From positions 63,798,001 to 63,862,000 of the forward strand of contig OZ024747.1 in the NCBI GenBank assembly GCA_964016885.1: a DNA stretch of 64,000 bases, written 5' to 3'. Position numbers and translations under genes: made by a program. Source of the stretch: Eledone cirrhosa. Its lineage: Eukaryota. Shown piece by piece: positions 40,500 through 54,717 of the stretch (the first letter of the stretch is position 1; each line of letters opens with the position of its first letter). The notes under the pieces are model-generated. The model had not been told where the DNA came from. It ran no database searches and worked only from the letters and a program-made list of their open reading frames with translations.

Positions 40500-41218
40500 G
40501 TGTGTGTGTGTGTGCATCTGTGTTTATATATACTTGAGTGTGTATAAAACTCTTACTTCAGAGAACAAATAATCAAAAGAAAGTTCAAAAGAATTTTTTC
40601 TCACTCAATTTAATTGCTGTAAATAATACTGTAAATAAAACAGGAATGATGGTGGTAGGATGGTTAGGGAAAGAATAGATTTTTTTTTCGTTTTTTCTTA
40701 AATTAGAATAAAGATAGCAAAAAAAGTTTTATTTCAAAGTTAACAAATTTGAAAAAAATATTGTTAATCAAGAACAATGATGAAGATGTAATTAAACTTG
40801 AGAATCTTCAAACTCTACTCTTGTCCACCACCCTGGGGAAGTTTTCAATTCATTGAATCTGTAAGAAAATTAGCTAAAAATAAATATATATTTAGTCATG
40901 GCTAACTTAGCAAGAAAACTTATTTTCTTAAAGTTAAAAGAAAAAAAGTGAAAAAGTCGAAACGAAATTAAAAAAAAGACAAAAAGTTGGAATATCTTTA
41001 CTGCAAATTAACGATGCTAAATGAGCTGATATAGATTTAAATGTAAAGTAGTATAGTTCTCTTCAAGATATACGTATATATATATATATGTATATATATG
41101 TATATGTATGTAAATGTTTGTATGTATCTATGTATGTAAGTAGTATCTATTTATGTATGTGATGTATGTGTAGATGTATGTGATGTATGTGTAGATGTAT
41201 GTATGTATGTGTGTATGT

Positions 41219-41722
41219 ACTTCTGGTTTTATAATTTTATAATTTTTTCTTTACCAATAGAGAGAGAGAAAGTTGGTTTCTAACATAGATACAAGACTCT
41301 CTGATTTGGATTTACACAACATCAACTAGGTAGATATGTATGCATGTCTGCGTGCTTGTGTGTGCAGGTATGGGTGTTATTGTATGTGTGGATGTGGATG
41401 TTTTGAGTTATATATGTGCATGTGTACATGTGTATATGCAGTTATTAGATGCAGACATTTTGGAATGTTTTACATATCTTTACTGTTCCATTAATGGGTT
41501 GTGCTTCTAATTTCCTAACTAGTCATGTTCTTTTTGTTTCTCTGAAGCCTTGCTTTTCAAGATTTGTACTGAGACAGTTACTAACACATCTCAGTGCTCC
41601 AATAATCACAGGTATCTGAAGGTATAGTCAGGGTAGAGTATCTGCAGATTTCTCATTAGTTCTGCATATATATTCTCCTTTTCACTAATCTTTGATATTA
41701 TATTGGCATCTGCTAGGCTAGG
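41219..41722 (-). mobile_element. R4/Dong-like LINE 3' end, second copy
   Basis: Homologous to 18424-18720 (ctgcagatttctcat.agttctgcat..atattctcctttt; same 3' UTR and (CATA)n tail). Confidence 0.8.
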
Positions 41723-41851
41723 CAACTAACTTCCACTACCGTGCATGCTTTCTTTTGCCTGTCCTATATCATTATATCTGCTATGTATGTATGTATAAAT
41801 ACATACATACTTATATGTGTGTGTTAGTGTATACATATATATATATATATA

Positions 41852-42037
41852 TATCGACTTTCGTCTATTGGTCTTTCTAATTGCTAATACTCTGTATCGG
41901 TCGCAACTCCAGGTAGAATGAGCAACGTGAAATAAAGTTTCTTGCCCAAGGACATAATGCATCAGCCAGTCTAAGAATCGAACTCACAACCTCACGATTG
42001 CAAATCCAATTCTCTAACAACTCAGCCACACGCCTTC
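41852..42037 (-). mobile_element. CORE-type SINE, 24848 tail type
   Basis: Reverse complement of 24848-25060 with an internal deletion; TA repeats on both sides. Confidence 0.82.
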
Positions 42038-42141
42038 ACAAATATATATATAAGAAAGTAAGGTTTTTTTAAATGGACACATGGGTAAAAATATAAGGAA
42101 AAGAATTTAAAAATGCAACTGAAGTCTTTTAAGAATATTTA

Positions 42142-42186
42142 TTTACTTTACCGGTTTCACAGTTCTTATGATTTTCAAAAGTAAAA
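42142..42186 (-). ncRNA. Degenerate U3-A8 hammerhead motif, same family as 20887
   Basis: Minus strand: TTTACTT-TTGAAAA-tcataagaactgt-GAAA-CCGG-TA-AAGTAAA; flanks homologous to about 20810-20950. Confidence 0.5.
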
Positions 42187-42529
42187 TTGAGATAGAGGGC
42201 TTGTGTTTATATATATATGTACATGTATATATGCGTGTGTGTGTGTGTAAAAGGACACGACAACCTCCCTAGAGTTTGTGCCATGATAAAATTCACCCAG
42301 TATGAAATAGCGCTATAAGGTTTCACCTGCGTACATATTCTTCTATAGAATATGTATTTGGTATATGAACAATATACCGTTTTTCTTGTACGATATATTG
42401 CTCTTTATCTTTCTATATATATATATACATATAATCTTTTCATTTAGTTATTATGGCTTTAAATAAAGTCTATTGAGCTTACTTATTGAGAAACACAAAA
42501 TTCTAAACATATTTGATATTTTTTAATTC

Positions 42530-42569
<40 letters not shown>

Positions 42570-42664
42570 TTTTGAGTTTATGTTGGTTGTATACCAACAC
42601 CTCAGTATGCAGGCTGGAGCACTCGACGAAGTGCGCAGGTTGGTTTGGTTACTCCGGAGTAGTG

Positions 42665-43106
42665 TAAAATAAAGTTAAATAAAAGTCAAATGATTAAAAT
42701 TTAGCTTCGTTTATTACTGCTATATATATTTCAGTGACAGCCATCTTTGGCTGTGACCTCTTCAGGCAGTTTGAATTAGTATGGTATAGGCAAGTACATA
42801 TGTTGTTTAGGTGTATGATATTGTCAATACTCTGATATGCCCAGTTCCTTGTTGGGTTGTTAATTCACTGGGGAACTGGAGTCATATGATTCCAGTTCCC
42901 CAGTGAATTAACAACCCAACAAGGAACTGGGCATATCAGAGTATTGACAATATCATACACCTAAACAACATATGTACTTGCCTATACCATACTAATTCAA
43001 ACTGCCTGAAGAGGTCACAGCCAAAGATGGCTGTCACTGAAATATATATAGCAGTAATAAACGAAGCTAAATTTTAATCATTTGACTTTTATTTAACTTT
43101 ATTTTA
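42665..43106. repeat. 442-bp near-perfect palindrome (221-bp arms, no spacer) in (TA)n
   Basis: Centre gggaactggagtcat|atgattccagttccc; the only mismatch I found is at 42881/42890. Confidence 0.95.
43001..43055 (+). ncRNA. Minimal type I hammerhead ribozyme (mirror copy at 42716-42770, -)
   Basis: ACTGC-CTGAAGA-GGTcACAGCCA aaga TGGCTGTcACT-GAAA-TATATA-TA-GCAGT; intact core. Confidence 0.85.
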
Positions 43107-43189
43107 TATATATATATATAATTTCTCCACTTTTTCTGTAATATAATGAAAATCTTAGAATATGTTATTTTATTATGTGCATCATGTTC

Positions 43190-43296
<107 letters not shown>

Positions 43297-44087
43297 ATAG
43301 TAGTACTAGTAGTAGTAGTAGTATAGCTGATGAAATAATTAAAATACATTGTGCCAGTGGTTTAATAGTTTCTTGGTTTATAAAGATACTTACTACTCCC
43401 CATCTACTCTCTCCCATTATCAATTTAATGCATCAATACCTTTAGTTATTTACCTGCAGTATCTATTGCTGTGTTACTGTTTAATTCATGGAAATGTCTT
43501 CTAGGCAATAAATAAGAATGTCAGCTGATGAGATGCAATCACAATAGTTCTTTTTTCTCTACACTAACTTACTACTATTCCTGGCCTACAGCTAATTTAT
43601 ACAGGAAAGTGAAACTTAAAGATAGATTAAATATGAATCTGTTTGCTATATTGCATTGTTGTTACATTGTTGTTGTTGCCCTTCTTCTTCTTCTTCTTCT
43701 TCTTCTTCTTCTTCTTCTTCTTCTTCTTCTTCTGCTCCTCCTCCTCCTTTCCTATTTCCTTCTTCCTTCTTTGTCTCCCCCTGCCATACCTCCTCTTTCT
43801 TTGCAACTTCTGCTTTCTTTCTTCTGGTTTTTATACATTCCAAGTTCAAATTTCACCAAGGCACATGCTGGCTTCTCAAATGTTAATATTATGGTTTCAA
43901 GGCCTGAACTTGGTAGCTTGCTTTGTCCTTGATCTCCAGTCAACTCAGTTGAGTAAATGAATACAAGTAATAGTTAGGAGTTTACCTTGCAATGGACTAG
44001 CTTCCTGTCCAGGAGGGCTGCTTGTATTATTAGTTGCTTAATGCCTCATGAAACCAGGATAAGTTCCAGTTTCATGATCCTCTATGC

Positions 44088-44761
44088 CAGGGCTCAGCAA
44101 CCTTTTGCTATGCAGTGTCTCGTTGGCAGGCCACATAGCTATGCAGTGTCTCATCAGTGGGCCATGATATCAAATAAGTAATGTGAACATATGTAAAAAC
44201 GAATACAGTAATATGATAAAATACTATGACATTTTTAATAAACTCTAACTAAACCACGATACCTGGCAGTGTATTTAGATCAAGGTTGCCATTTGTTCGA
44301 TAAAAAAAATTTACTTCTAATAATACTGGTCACTTTTAACATAGAAAAATAAATAAACATTGATTATTATCAAATACAGTCATTTACAGATGTTTTACTA
44401 CTGGACAGAAAAACTCAAATGAAATATTTTGAGGATAAAATAAAATAACTGTATGCCGGATACGCCAACTTGTTTTAAGTAAGTCTGGGTCATTCAACAT
44501 CCCTACCATACACATACTATATATGCACGTATATACACGAATACACACACACAGTCCCCTTGAGCTCAGTGTCTAACTATTCTATCTGTCAGTTTGATTG
44601 TTTGATACTGTCAGGCAAAAAATTATGTTCAGCTAAGTGAATCTTGTAGCTAGATGTGTTCTCTAGTCGGTATTCTAATCCAAAATAATTCAGAGCCTTT
44701 TTCAGGGATCAATTAGCCTAAGATTGAAACCTGTTGGCAGGCCGGGCGTTGCCAACCCCTG
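44088..44761. mobile_element. hAT (Charlie-like) non-autonomous element
   Basis: TIRs CAGGGCTCAGCAACC / CGTTGCCAACCCCTG; 8-bp TSD-like ctctatgc / ttctaagc (nTCTAnnn). Confidence 0.75.
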
Positions 44762-44885
44762 TTCTAAGCTTAAGATAAACATTAAATTATGGTAATTTGA
44801 TGGAGCCTGCATTTTATATTTGTCCAGGGTTTATTTCTCGATTGTAGAGGTAGGGGAACTATCAACATTTTATATTTGTCCAGGG

Positions 44886-45431
44886 TTTATGACCCCCCAA
44901 AAAATGATTATGTTGACTCTATATATAGTATAGAGTCAGTGTGTATTTAGTGTGTTTATTACACAAACTTACAAAAGGAAGCAAGACCATCCCTATGCCT
45001 CAATACTAACTCTACCAGACTCTCATCCATCAATTTCCACTTCCTTATCCAACCATGGCAGCATGGAAAGATAAGTGCAACTCACAATGTTCCAGCCAGA
45101 CACAACTCACTCTTTAAGGCCACTTTATCTCTCACCACCCCACTCTCAACAAATAACATGTAGCATGACCCTTGCTCTCTCCCCAATCCTATCATTGATT
45201 TCCTAGCCTGCCTGTGCACTCAACATGTGCCCTTGTGTCAAAAGGTGGTAGTTCTGGTGTCATAATAAAATACACTCAGCAAAACACTGTAAATTAGTAA
45301 TGCTGGTACTATGATAAAGAGCATCCAGTCCACTCTGGCAGGTGGTAGAGGGGGTGCTAAGATAAAACATACCAGGTACACACTGTAAAGTGGCTGGCAT
45401 CAGGGCCTCCAAGAGAAATTTTGCAAGGTGG
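44886..45431 (-). repeat. Inverted copy of 39061-39606
   Basis: Direct comparison. Confidence 0.93.
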
Positions 45432-46788
45432 GTTTGCAAGGTAGGTTTGCATTTCACATCTGGCTTTGACCTGTTATCATCAATGGGAGCTTACATTATA
45501 CATCTAGTTTGGACCTATTACTTGGTGGAAATGAGAATGGGGAAAACATTTTACATCTAGCATGGGCCTACTACGAGGTGGGGAAATCATTTTACATCTA
45601 GCATGGACCTTTCACCAGGTGGAGGTGAGAATGTGGCAAAGATTTTATATCTGGCCAGATCCTATTACAAGGTGGAGGCAGGATTGGGGGTAAACACTTT
45701 TACACGTGACCTGACTTTATTAACAAATTTAACAAATTTAAGGACATACACTTTACACTTGACCATAGCTTATTAACAATTTTGTAGAGGCCTACATTTC
45801 ATATTAGGTGTAGCCTTCTTACTGGCTTTAATGAAGCCTACATTTTGCACCTGACATGAGCTTATTAAAGCTTTGAATTGGCCTGAGAGTACCGCTTATC
45901 GATATTTTTGTGAGGCAGACTGATAGCTGGTATTATATCATCTTATACCATCAGCAACTCTATATTCCTATAACATTAATGTTCCACAAATAGCAACATT
46001 TAACACTTTTTTCAAAGAAATTGGAGACATTTGTGTGGTTAACTGAAGAAAACTCGACATTCAAAGATGAACCAATTCTTCTAGTTTTTTTTATTAGAAT
46101 CAATAGATTTTCCCAATATAAAGACAGAGAGAAAATGGTGAGTCACGAAAAACTTTGAAATTCATTTCACATCATTGGCTGGAGGCATGTGATTACTGGA
46201 GTGAAATGTGAGTTCTATATAGTTTGTGATTGAGAAAAGAGAGGTATGTATTGTGTGTGTATGTGTATGAATATGTGTGCAGTGAATGTTATAATAATGA
46301 GAAAATAGATATGAAAGCAACATTAACACAGGCCTAGGGCTTTATTTATGTACAATTTATGTTAGACAGATTGAAACACCATACAATGATTTTATATGCA
46401 TGTGTATATATATATATATATGTATATATATATTTTGTGGTATTAGTACTTTTAATATATCTACATGCACACACACACATATATATACATACATACATAC
46501 ACATACATACATATATATATATCTGTATGTATATGCGTGCATGACATTTTTGTGTCTTGTTAACGGAAATGAGAAAGGTGGTGATATAGAATTAAATGTA
46601 ACTTTTACTGAAATACCTCTCACGTCCATGTGATTTGGTTGTTTATTTATTTATCTATTTATCAATGTTGTGTGCTTAAAACATTGCTTAGCATCTTGCC
46701 CAACTATCTTCTACTTCAACCCCAGGTTTAACAATAATTTGTGAGTGAAATTTAATGGATGGTAAATGTGCAGATGTCTGCCATATAT

Positions 46789-46860
<72 letters not shown>

Positions 46861-48967
46861 TGAAGCTTGAAAGTCATGACAATGCGAAATGGATGAATAA
46901 AGAAATCAGATGTAACAAGATGTTTCATAGAAACAGAACCAGTTTTGGTTGGGTTGGTAACTAAGGGGTTAAATACCTCAATATTTGTCCCAGCTCACTG
47001 TGCTCAATTCAAATCCTTCTAAGCCTAACTTTGCTTTTCATCCTTTTGGAGTTTATAAATAAAATATCAGTCCAGGGTTAGTGAATTGGCAGGATTATTA
47101 ATGAGTTGGATAGGATGATTTTCAGTATATGATTAATCCCTGTATTTAGAGTTCAAATCCAACCTCCTCCTGCATCTCTCTCTAGTTCTGAAAACACTGA
47201 TTTCTTCCAGAGAAAAAGAGAATGAAAATTAAATATAGAGGAAGAATCAATCACAGTATTAAATTGTTTTATTGATTAACCTCAAAATGATGAAAAGCAA
47301 AGTTGATCTCAACAGGAATTGAACTCAGCAAACATCTAGAATAAATACTGCAAAGCATCATAACCAAAGTTCTAATGACACTGCTATCTCATTGCCTTAA
47401 CTTTCTAATATTTAATTTAGAATCTATTTACATGTTTCAAGTTAAAAACATTGAAAGGAATACTGCCTGCTATCATAAGATTTCACACTATTCAGCTTCT
47501 AGGCTGTTTTTTTATATCAGTATTTCATACTTGATATGTTAAAAATTAGCTACCGCCATAATCCACTGCTTCCAACAGTAAATTGGTTGCTTATTAGAAG
47601 TTAAAATAAAAGAAATCTGCAGCTGCCAGATAAAGATTTATTCCTTTCACTGTTTTTTGTGTATTAAATAACATTATATTTTCTTTCGTCAGCTATTAAA
47701 ATCTGATTTAAAATAAAACATAAAATGATTTATCTAAAATGGCAGTAGAATACTTGATTAATAAGACTAAAAGTATTTCCATGGTAGTTTGCTGTAAATT
47801 TAATTTAAAAACATATTTATGAATTCCTCACATGAAAATTGCAAACAATATAAAAAATATAAATACTGCCTGTTACAATATGATTGTACTATTCAACAGC
47901 TTTCAAACTTTCTTTAATTTTTAGTTTTTTATAGGTTAAAAACTAGCTGTCGCCATAATCCCTTGATTCCCAACACTAAATTGATTGGTTATTCTTGACA
48001 AGCACGGATTCCATGCCAGTTGAGGATTAACCATTATTCACCAGCTTAACTATTCTTTCTTTCGGAATAAAGAAGATTTTCTGACAGGCCCCAAAATAAA
48101 ATAATTTTAAAATTCTAAACCAAAATCATTACCATCTTTTGAATTCAGCTCCCATATCACCTCACCTATTAATGAAAAAATGCTGTTTAACAACAAATTA
48201 AAAAGATATTAGGCCTGGCTTTCATTAATTTCTATTTTCCTTTTATAATTTAGTGTTCCTCAATAGAAATAAAAGATTCTTTGTCCAGCTTTAAATCTGT
48301 CTGTGTGTCCAGTGTTGGATGTAATTCTCTTAAAGAGACACTGTGCTGGTGATGTTTTTTATATCATTAAAGTTGCTGAGGGGAGGGTTTCAGTAATGTC
48401 ACTAAGATAATTAAATATGTTGATAAGAGGAAATAATTAGCACATTTAATTGTACATCTGAACTAATGTAATATTTGTAGTGTTGAAAGACTGCATCAAT
48501 CATTGTTGAATGAATTTGATTCCATGAGGTATTACATATGCCAATTGACGTCATCCTTCAATTTCTTGTGAATACTAGAGCAAGCATCAAACAATGCTTG
48601 AAAGCGGTTTATAAATTTTAAATTCATATATATATATATATATCATCATCATCATCATTTTACGTCCGCTTCTCTGGATGGGTCCTATTCAGTACAGCAT
48701 CTCTCCACTTGTCACGGTCGTTTGTCATTTCCTCCGTGAGCTTCAGCAATCTGAGGTCTGCTCTCACCACCTCTGCCCATATTTATATATGTGTGTATAT
48801 ATATATATGTATATACACACACATTAAAATATGTTACCAAACACTATTATTTGTATCATAATTTAATTTACATATGTTTCATAATCCTGGGACTCATTGG
48901 AATTAACCAATATATAAATAAATATTTCAACAAGTTTCCAGTTTTTATAAATGGAAACAAATTTCTT

Positions 48968-49019
<52 letters not shown>

Positions 49020-49058
49020 TATATATATATATGTGTGTGTGTGTATGTGTGTGTGTGT

Positions 49059-49111
<53 letters not shown>

Positions 49112-50033
49112 CATATATAAATGAAATATATATATATATATATATTGTGTACCCTTGTTTATGAATGATTGAAATGTAATTTGAAATTTCCAAACTGCTA
49201 GGGTTTCTAATAGACCAAAACGGACATTCCATTAATGAAAGAAACAAATATACAATCCAAGAGTGAAGGAATCCTGTATTTTCTAACTGCTTGATATATT
49301 TGATGAGGTAAATTGGGTTAGTAGTGGACAATAAATTGATTAAATAACAGGGAGTACTATTCATATATAACTATGGAAAAGAGCAGAAGAGTGACGGGTC
49401 TAGAGAGAGAGAGCGTATATGATTAACTGTTACTCTCTTTCTTCTAAGCGTGAAACTAATACAACTTTATGTTAATGCATCCTTTTGTTTGCTTCCTTGA
49501 TCATCATCATCATCATCATCATCACCGTTTTACGTCCATTCTTCCACGCTAGCATGGGTTAGACGGGTTGTTCTGTTGTGGGCAATTTTAGTTCGGGTGA
49601 CCTTGTCTTGCTCAATACGGGAACTGATTCTGGCTTGATTTCTACAGCTGGATGCCCTTCCTAACACCAACCTCATTTACAGTGAGTGCTGGGTACTCTT
49701 TTTTCGTGGCGCTTACACGACCACTTTACAGTGCTGGCTGGGTGCTTTTTTTGTTGTGGGAGGGGATGAGGGCATATTGTCTATATGCTTCAGCTTCGGC
49801 TTGTTCCCATGGAAAGTCAGATCTTATATATGTATATATATATATATAGAGAGAGAGAGATATGCAAAATCCTGACTGCAGGGCCAAGCTGTTTCAGCTT
49901 TATATATCATCATAATCATCATTTAACGACAATATTTCATACTGGCATGGGTGGGACAGGCTGTCCTTTTGTGAGAGATCAAGTCCGAGGATTGGGTTTC
50001 ACTCACACAACTGATTTTAGCTTGGTTTCCATG

Positions 50034-50685
50034 GCTGGGAGACCAGATGTCAGGTGAAGTGTGGTCGACGAAGTTCTCTGACAGCCAGGCTTGGGTCTTT
50101 CGGCTGGCATGCCTACCTGCAGCTACCTGGTCGATCCAGGGCTTTACTTGAGGCCCTCAGGGAAGAAGTGAGGTGGCATGATGTCACCTTGACTGCTGAC
50201 GACACCTAAGACCAATGTTGTCGTTGGAAACTTTGTCTGCATGACTCTGGGCACGTCTTTGGATGAGACAGCGAGCCACCTGTTGTTCTGGGAGTTGATC
50301 TTCTGGTCTTGGCAGAAGTTTTTCTCGTCGGAGAAAAACCACAGCATGTCTGGCTCCAGTGGGTGTTTCAACTTGTTGATCAGCTTCTTTGCATGCTTCA
50401 GTCGCTTTTCTTGCATCGCCTTTGACAGAAATTGTCCTTTCCTCATCTTGTATAAAACGTAGCGAATGTCTTCATGTACCACCAGCCTAATGAGCTTTTC
50501 ATCCACGCCTTTCTCCCTTGCAATGGCATGCATCGACTTGCTAGGTTCAATGTTGATGATATGCTGAAATTCAGCGACGAACTCGGGCGTTCTGAAGGCG
50601 TCAGATCGTCGATCATGTGTTTTCCTCTCTGATGTTGCTTCGTAGTCGAATCCTGAATCTTCCAATTCCTTTCTGACGGGATAAA
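50034..50685 (-). mobile_element. Tc1/mariner-superfamily transposase fragment (maT/DD37D-like), internally deleted
   Basis: SMHAIARE.GV...IR..VHEDI...YK.RK.Q.LS.....RL..AK.L...WFFSDEKNF..DQKINSQNNRW...VLGVVSSQG..MPPHFF, then KPWIDQVAAGR..HASRKTQAWLSENF...PDIWSPS; the QQD motif is deleted. Confidence 0.85.
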
Positions 50686-51577
50686 CTTATATATATATAT
50701 GTGTATAGAGAGATACATAGAGAGGGAGAGAGAGAGGGGGGGGGGAATTTGTTACCATTGCTTGATTAATATATTTTTTATTGACACTCAAATGATGAAA
50801 ATCAAAGTTGACCTTGGTGGGATTTGAACTTTGAATGCAGAAAATGTTTGAATCTAAATCAGTTGCTTTCAAGTAATAATAATTAATATTTTTTACCTTG
50901 AAGATCATAAACTGCAGCAATGTAATATGTCAATTTTGCCTTGTTATAGAAAATAGAAAGGTTCAACTCAGTGTATAAATACCAAGTTACAGACTGAGAC
51001 GTTGAAGATTTATTGTTTTACTGCAATACATGTAATGATCCACCAACACAACACCTGATATTCCTCCTCCATTCACAGGCACACGTGTGAAAGGTTATAC
51101 ATACAGGTATTAAATTCAAAACTTGTAATCATCCTAAAACTAAAAGCCTAGCTGAGGGCACAAATAAATTGAAGTGGCTGATACTTGTGTCCCTCTTCCT
51201 CATTGCAGGGGTCCCAGAGCAATTGCCTTCTTCTCCCCCCCCCCCCCCATTAAATCTGGTTCTGGCTGTGGCCATGCTGGGGCACAAGTGTTTTTTAATC
51301 AGTTATTTATGTTCTATTCACCCCCGCCCCACCTCGTCCTTTATTCTGCTTCAGATTTTAGCATTCTTTGATAATTGTTCTGAGTTACATCTATTTACTT
51401 CTGTAAATAATGTTACATCGATAATCACACACACATGCAGATACACAAGCTACTAAAACAGCATTCAACAACACTACACCTGATATTCCCCCTCCATACA
51501 CATGCATACATGTGTGAGTGTGTGTATGTGTGTATATCATGCAAGACACTTTATTTAATGTTGCTCCTTCTACCCGG

Positions 51578-51779
51578 AGTTGCGACCAATAGATAGTATT
51601 AGCAATTGGAAAGATCAATGGAAACCTAGTTTCCTTGGTCCGATTTGATGAAAGTCGATCAATTGTCGATATATATATACATATATATCGACAATTGATC
51701 GACTTTTGTCAAATCGGACCAAGGAAACTAAGTTTCCATTGGTCTTTCCAATTGCTAATACTATCTATTGGTCGCAACT
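51578..51779. repeat. About 200-bp palindrome formed by two tail-to-tail SINE 3' ends around a TA run
   Basis: agttgcgaccaatagatagtattagcaattggaaaga... and its reverse complement ending ggtcgcaact. Confidence 0.9.
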
Positions 51780-51937
51780 ATATATATTTATATATGCATG
51801 TATGCGTATATATGTATGTGTGTGTAATCATGGTTCATAGACTATTCAATTTCCTGACATTTGTACATTATTCTATGTACTATACATGTACCTTCGATAA
51901 ATTGTAATGCACCTGAACACTATATACAATCCTTTTC

Positions 51938-52438
51938 ATTGTTTATTAAACTGCTCTGTGTGGTAACCAGATTGAATCTAGATTCTGGGAAGGAATTTCT
52001 GATGAACATGGTATTAATTCTATTGTAATTCATAATAGTGACAATGAATTACAATTTGAGAGATATATTGTCTACTATAACGAAGTTGCTGGCAGTAAAT
52101 ATGTGCCCCGCATCATTCTTGTTGACCTGGAACAATGGATTGTATTTGTTCATTTCTATTCGGTCATTAACTATTCCATCCAGATAGTTTTGTGCTTGGT
52201 CAAAGTGGAGCTGGTAATAACTGGGCGAAAGGCCATTACACAGAAGATGTTGAATTAGTTGAAGATGTTATGGATGTGGTTCACAGCTGAAGGTTGTGAC
52301 TGCCTTCAAGGTTTCCAATTGACTCATTCACTTGGCAGTGGTACTAGATCTGGTCTGGGGACATTATAATTGAGCAAAATCAAGGAAGAAAATCCTGATA
52401 AAATTATAAATACATTCTCTATTGCTCTTTCACCCAAA
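51938..52438 (+). pseudogene. Beta-tubulin pseudogene fragment (about codons 4-174)
   Basis: [19 protein letters not shown]...[26 protein letters not shown] / MD...[30 protein letters not shown] / [50 protein letters not shown]|gtaagt; at least 2 frameshifts and 2 stops. Confidence 0.93.
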
Positions 52439-54413
52439 GTAAGTAATTTCTGTTGTCTAACCTCTCATTAAGTTTTTTCAATAGTGCTTAGTATTCTTGC
52501 AGTAAAAATAAATTAACTTATGTGACCAATATTTTAACATTCATCATTTTGTTTTTTTTATCATAGAAAAATATTTATTTTCCTGTCAAGTCAAAACACT
52601 TTACGTCACTTGGATTATATTGAGCTCAGTACCTAACTTGTTCTCTTTCACGTCCGGCATATGTGACATTCATATCTTCAGAAATGTTGTAAAGCATTTT
52701 ATTTGATGCCCTTGATTCTGCCATCGACCGACTCGAGGTTCAGAATTATTTTCATTTTAAAATAACACTTGTTATATATCTAAATGTACTTGAAGCAAAT
52801 TTCCATGAAATACATATTACCCTATTGTGGCTGTCTTATGTTGCCGTATGTAATGGTGCAACTAGGGTATGGCAAGTATGGCTTGTGCCAGAGGCGCCAC
52901 TTTGATTAAGAGTACTTTATATTAAAGTCAGATAAGCTATCATCAGAGAGTGAGAAAAGAAACTTCTTCAGATGTATGATCTGTCTTTGATTATCATTGG
53001 TAAAATGCACTATGGTGACTAGATCATTAAACCACTTATATTTAGCCCTACATAGGTAAAAATACAATGCTGGGCAGGGCAGGGGCAATTTCACTGCTTG
53101 CCAAAGGTGCTAGTCTTCCTTGTTACATCTCTAGTTGTATGTCAGACATAATATCTAAATAGTATATTTTGTGATACTTACATAGGTAAGACTTTCTAAT
53201 TCCAAGCTTACTTTATTACGAATTTCTAACATTATAAATTCTTGTTGAGACATTTGTAAAGACAATTGACATTTAATACTTTGCAACATAAATTCGAAAA
53301 TTTATTCAAAAGCACAGTTCATACATATTAGCATAACATAGAGTTAAAAGGTTGTTACTAAACATTATTTGTTTGCCACTTTGACAGCTATATATGAACT
53401 TTCATATAAATTTCAGTTTGTATTTTTCACGTCTTAAAACTTAATCTTAGTCTTTTGCGACATTTCTAGTTACATCTCTTAGCACACTGATGTACTACGG
53501 AACACAGTTTGGGAACTGGCTTAGATTGTGTGTCCTAATACATTGCTTATGTATTTCAACATGTTCAATCGAATGTTTTCTGAATTTCTCTGCCATTCAT
53601 GGCTTTCTTGCTTCACCATATGTATGTATATATATATATATATATATGTATATGTGTGTGTGTGTGTGTGCGTTTGTTAGAAAATGTGTGAAATCCTTAG
53701 TACAGTTAGGTATATTTGAAAAAGGAAAAGAATGACTTCACTTGTAGTTGATATTCTAAAAAATTCAATTATATAATTTTACAATTTTGCCATATATATG
53801 TTTATATGTGTGTGTATATGTATCTATATGTGTATATGTGTCTCTATATATGTATATAAACACTTTCATACACAATGCATGTTAATATATAAAGAGACAC
53901 AACATGCAGATGCAAGAGTCACATGAACATACAGTCACACATTGACATACATGCACAGACCTACAAAAACACACAGATACATACATGTATCCCTTCAAAT
54001 TAAATACATACTGCAGGTAGCCAGGAAAGGGGGTATTTGTTAAAATGAAGTCTCTGGAATGTCGTATTAACAATTCCATTATATAAACTGTCAATGGAAT
54101 AATAGACACAAGAAAACTAGTTTGTTATCCCATTTCCATAACATAACCTTCATTATCACCCTAACCATTTAACTTAAGTTTTACTTTGTTTATATTTTCT
54201 TATTTTCTGTTTTTAAACTTTTTCTTATTGTTTGTTGTAAACATTTCTTCTGTTGAAAATTCCTTTAAAAATTGTTCAGCATTCTTGCCCATACATATAT
54301 AGGCATATATATATATATAGGCATATATATATATATATATATATCTTTATAAAAATCTCAATTCATAATTAGCTGTTTGAACGGCTTGGAATACATAAAA
54401 ATGATTCATAACA

Positions 54414-54484
<71 letters not shown>

Positions 54485-54545
54485 TAAATATATATATATA
54501 TATATATATATAAGTAAATATATATATATATAAGTAAATATATGT

Positions 54546-54717
<172 letters not shown>

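Noticed and set aside
48570-48615. Hairpin followed by GAAA
   Set aside because: No CUGANGA-like core upstream.
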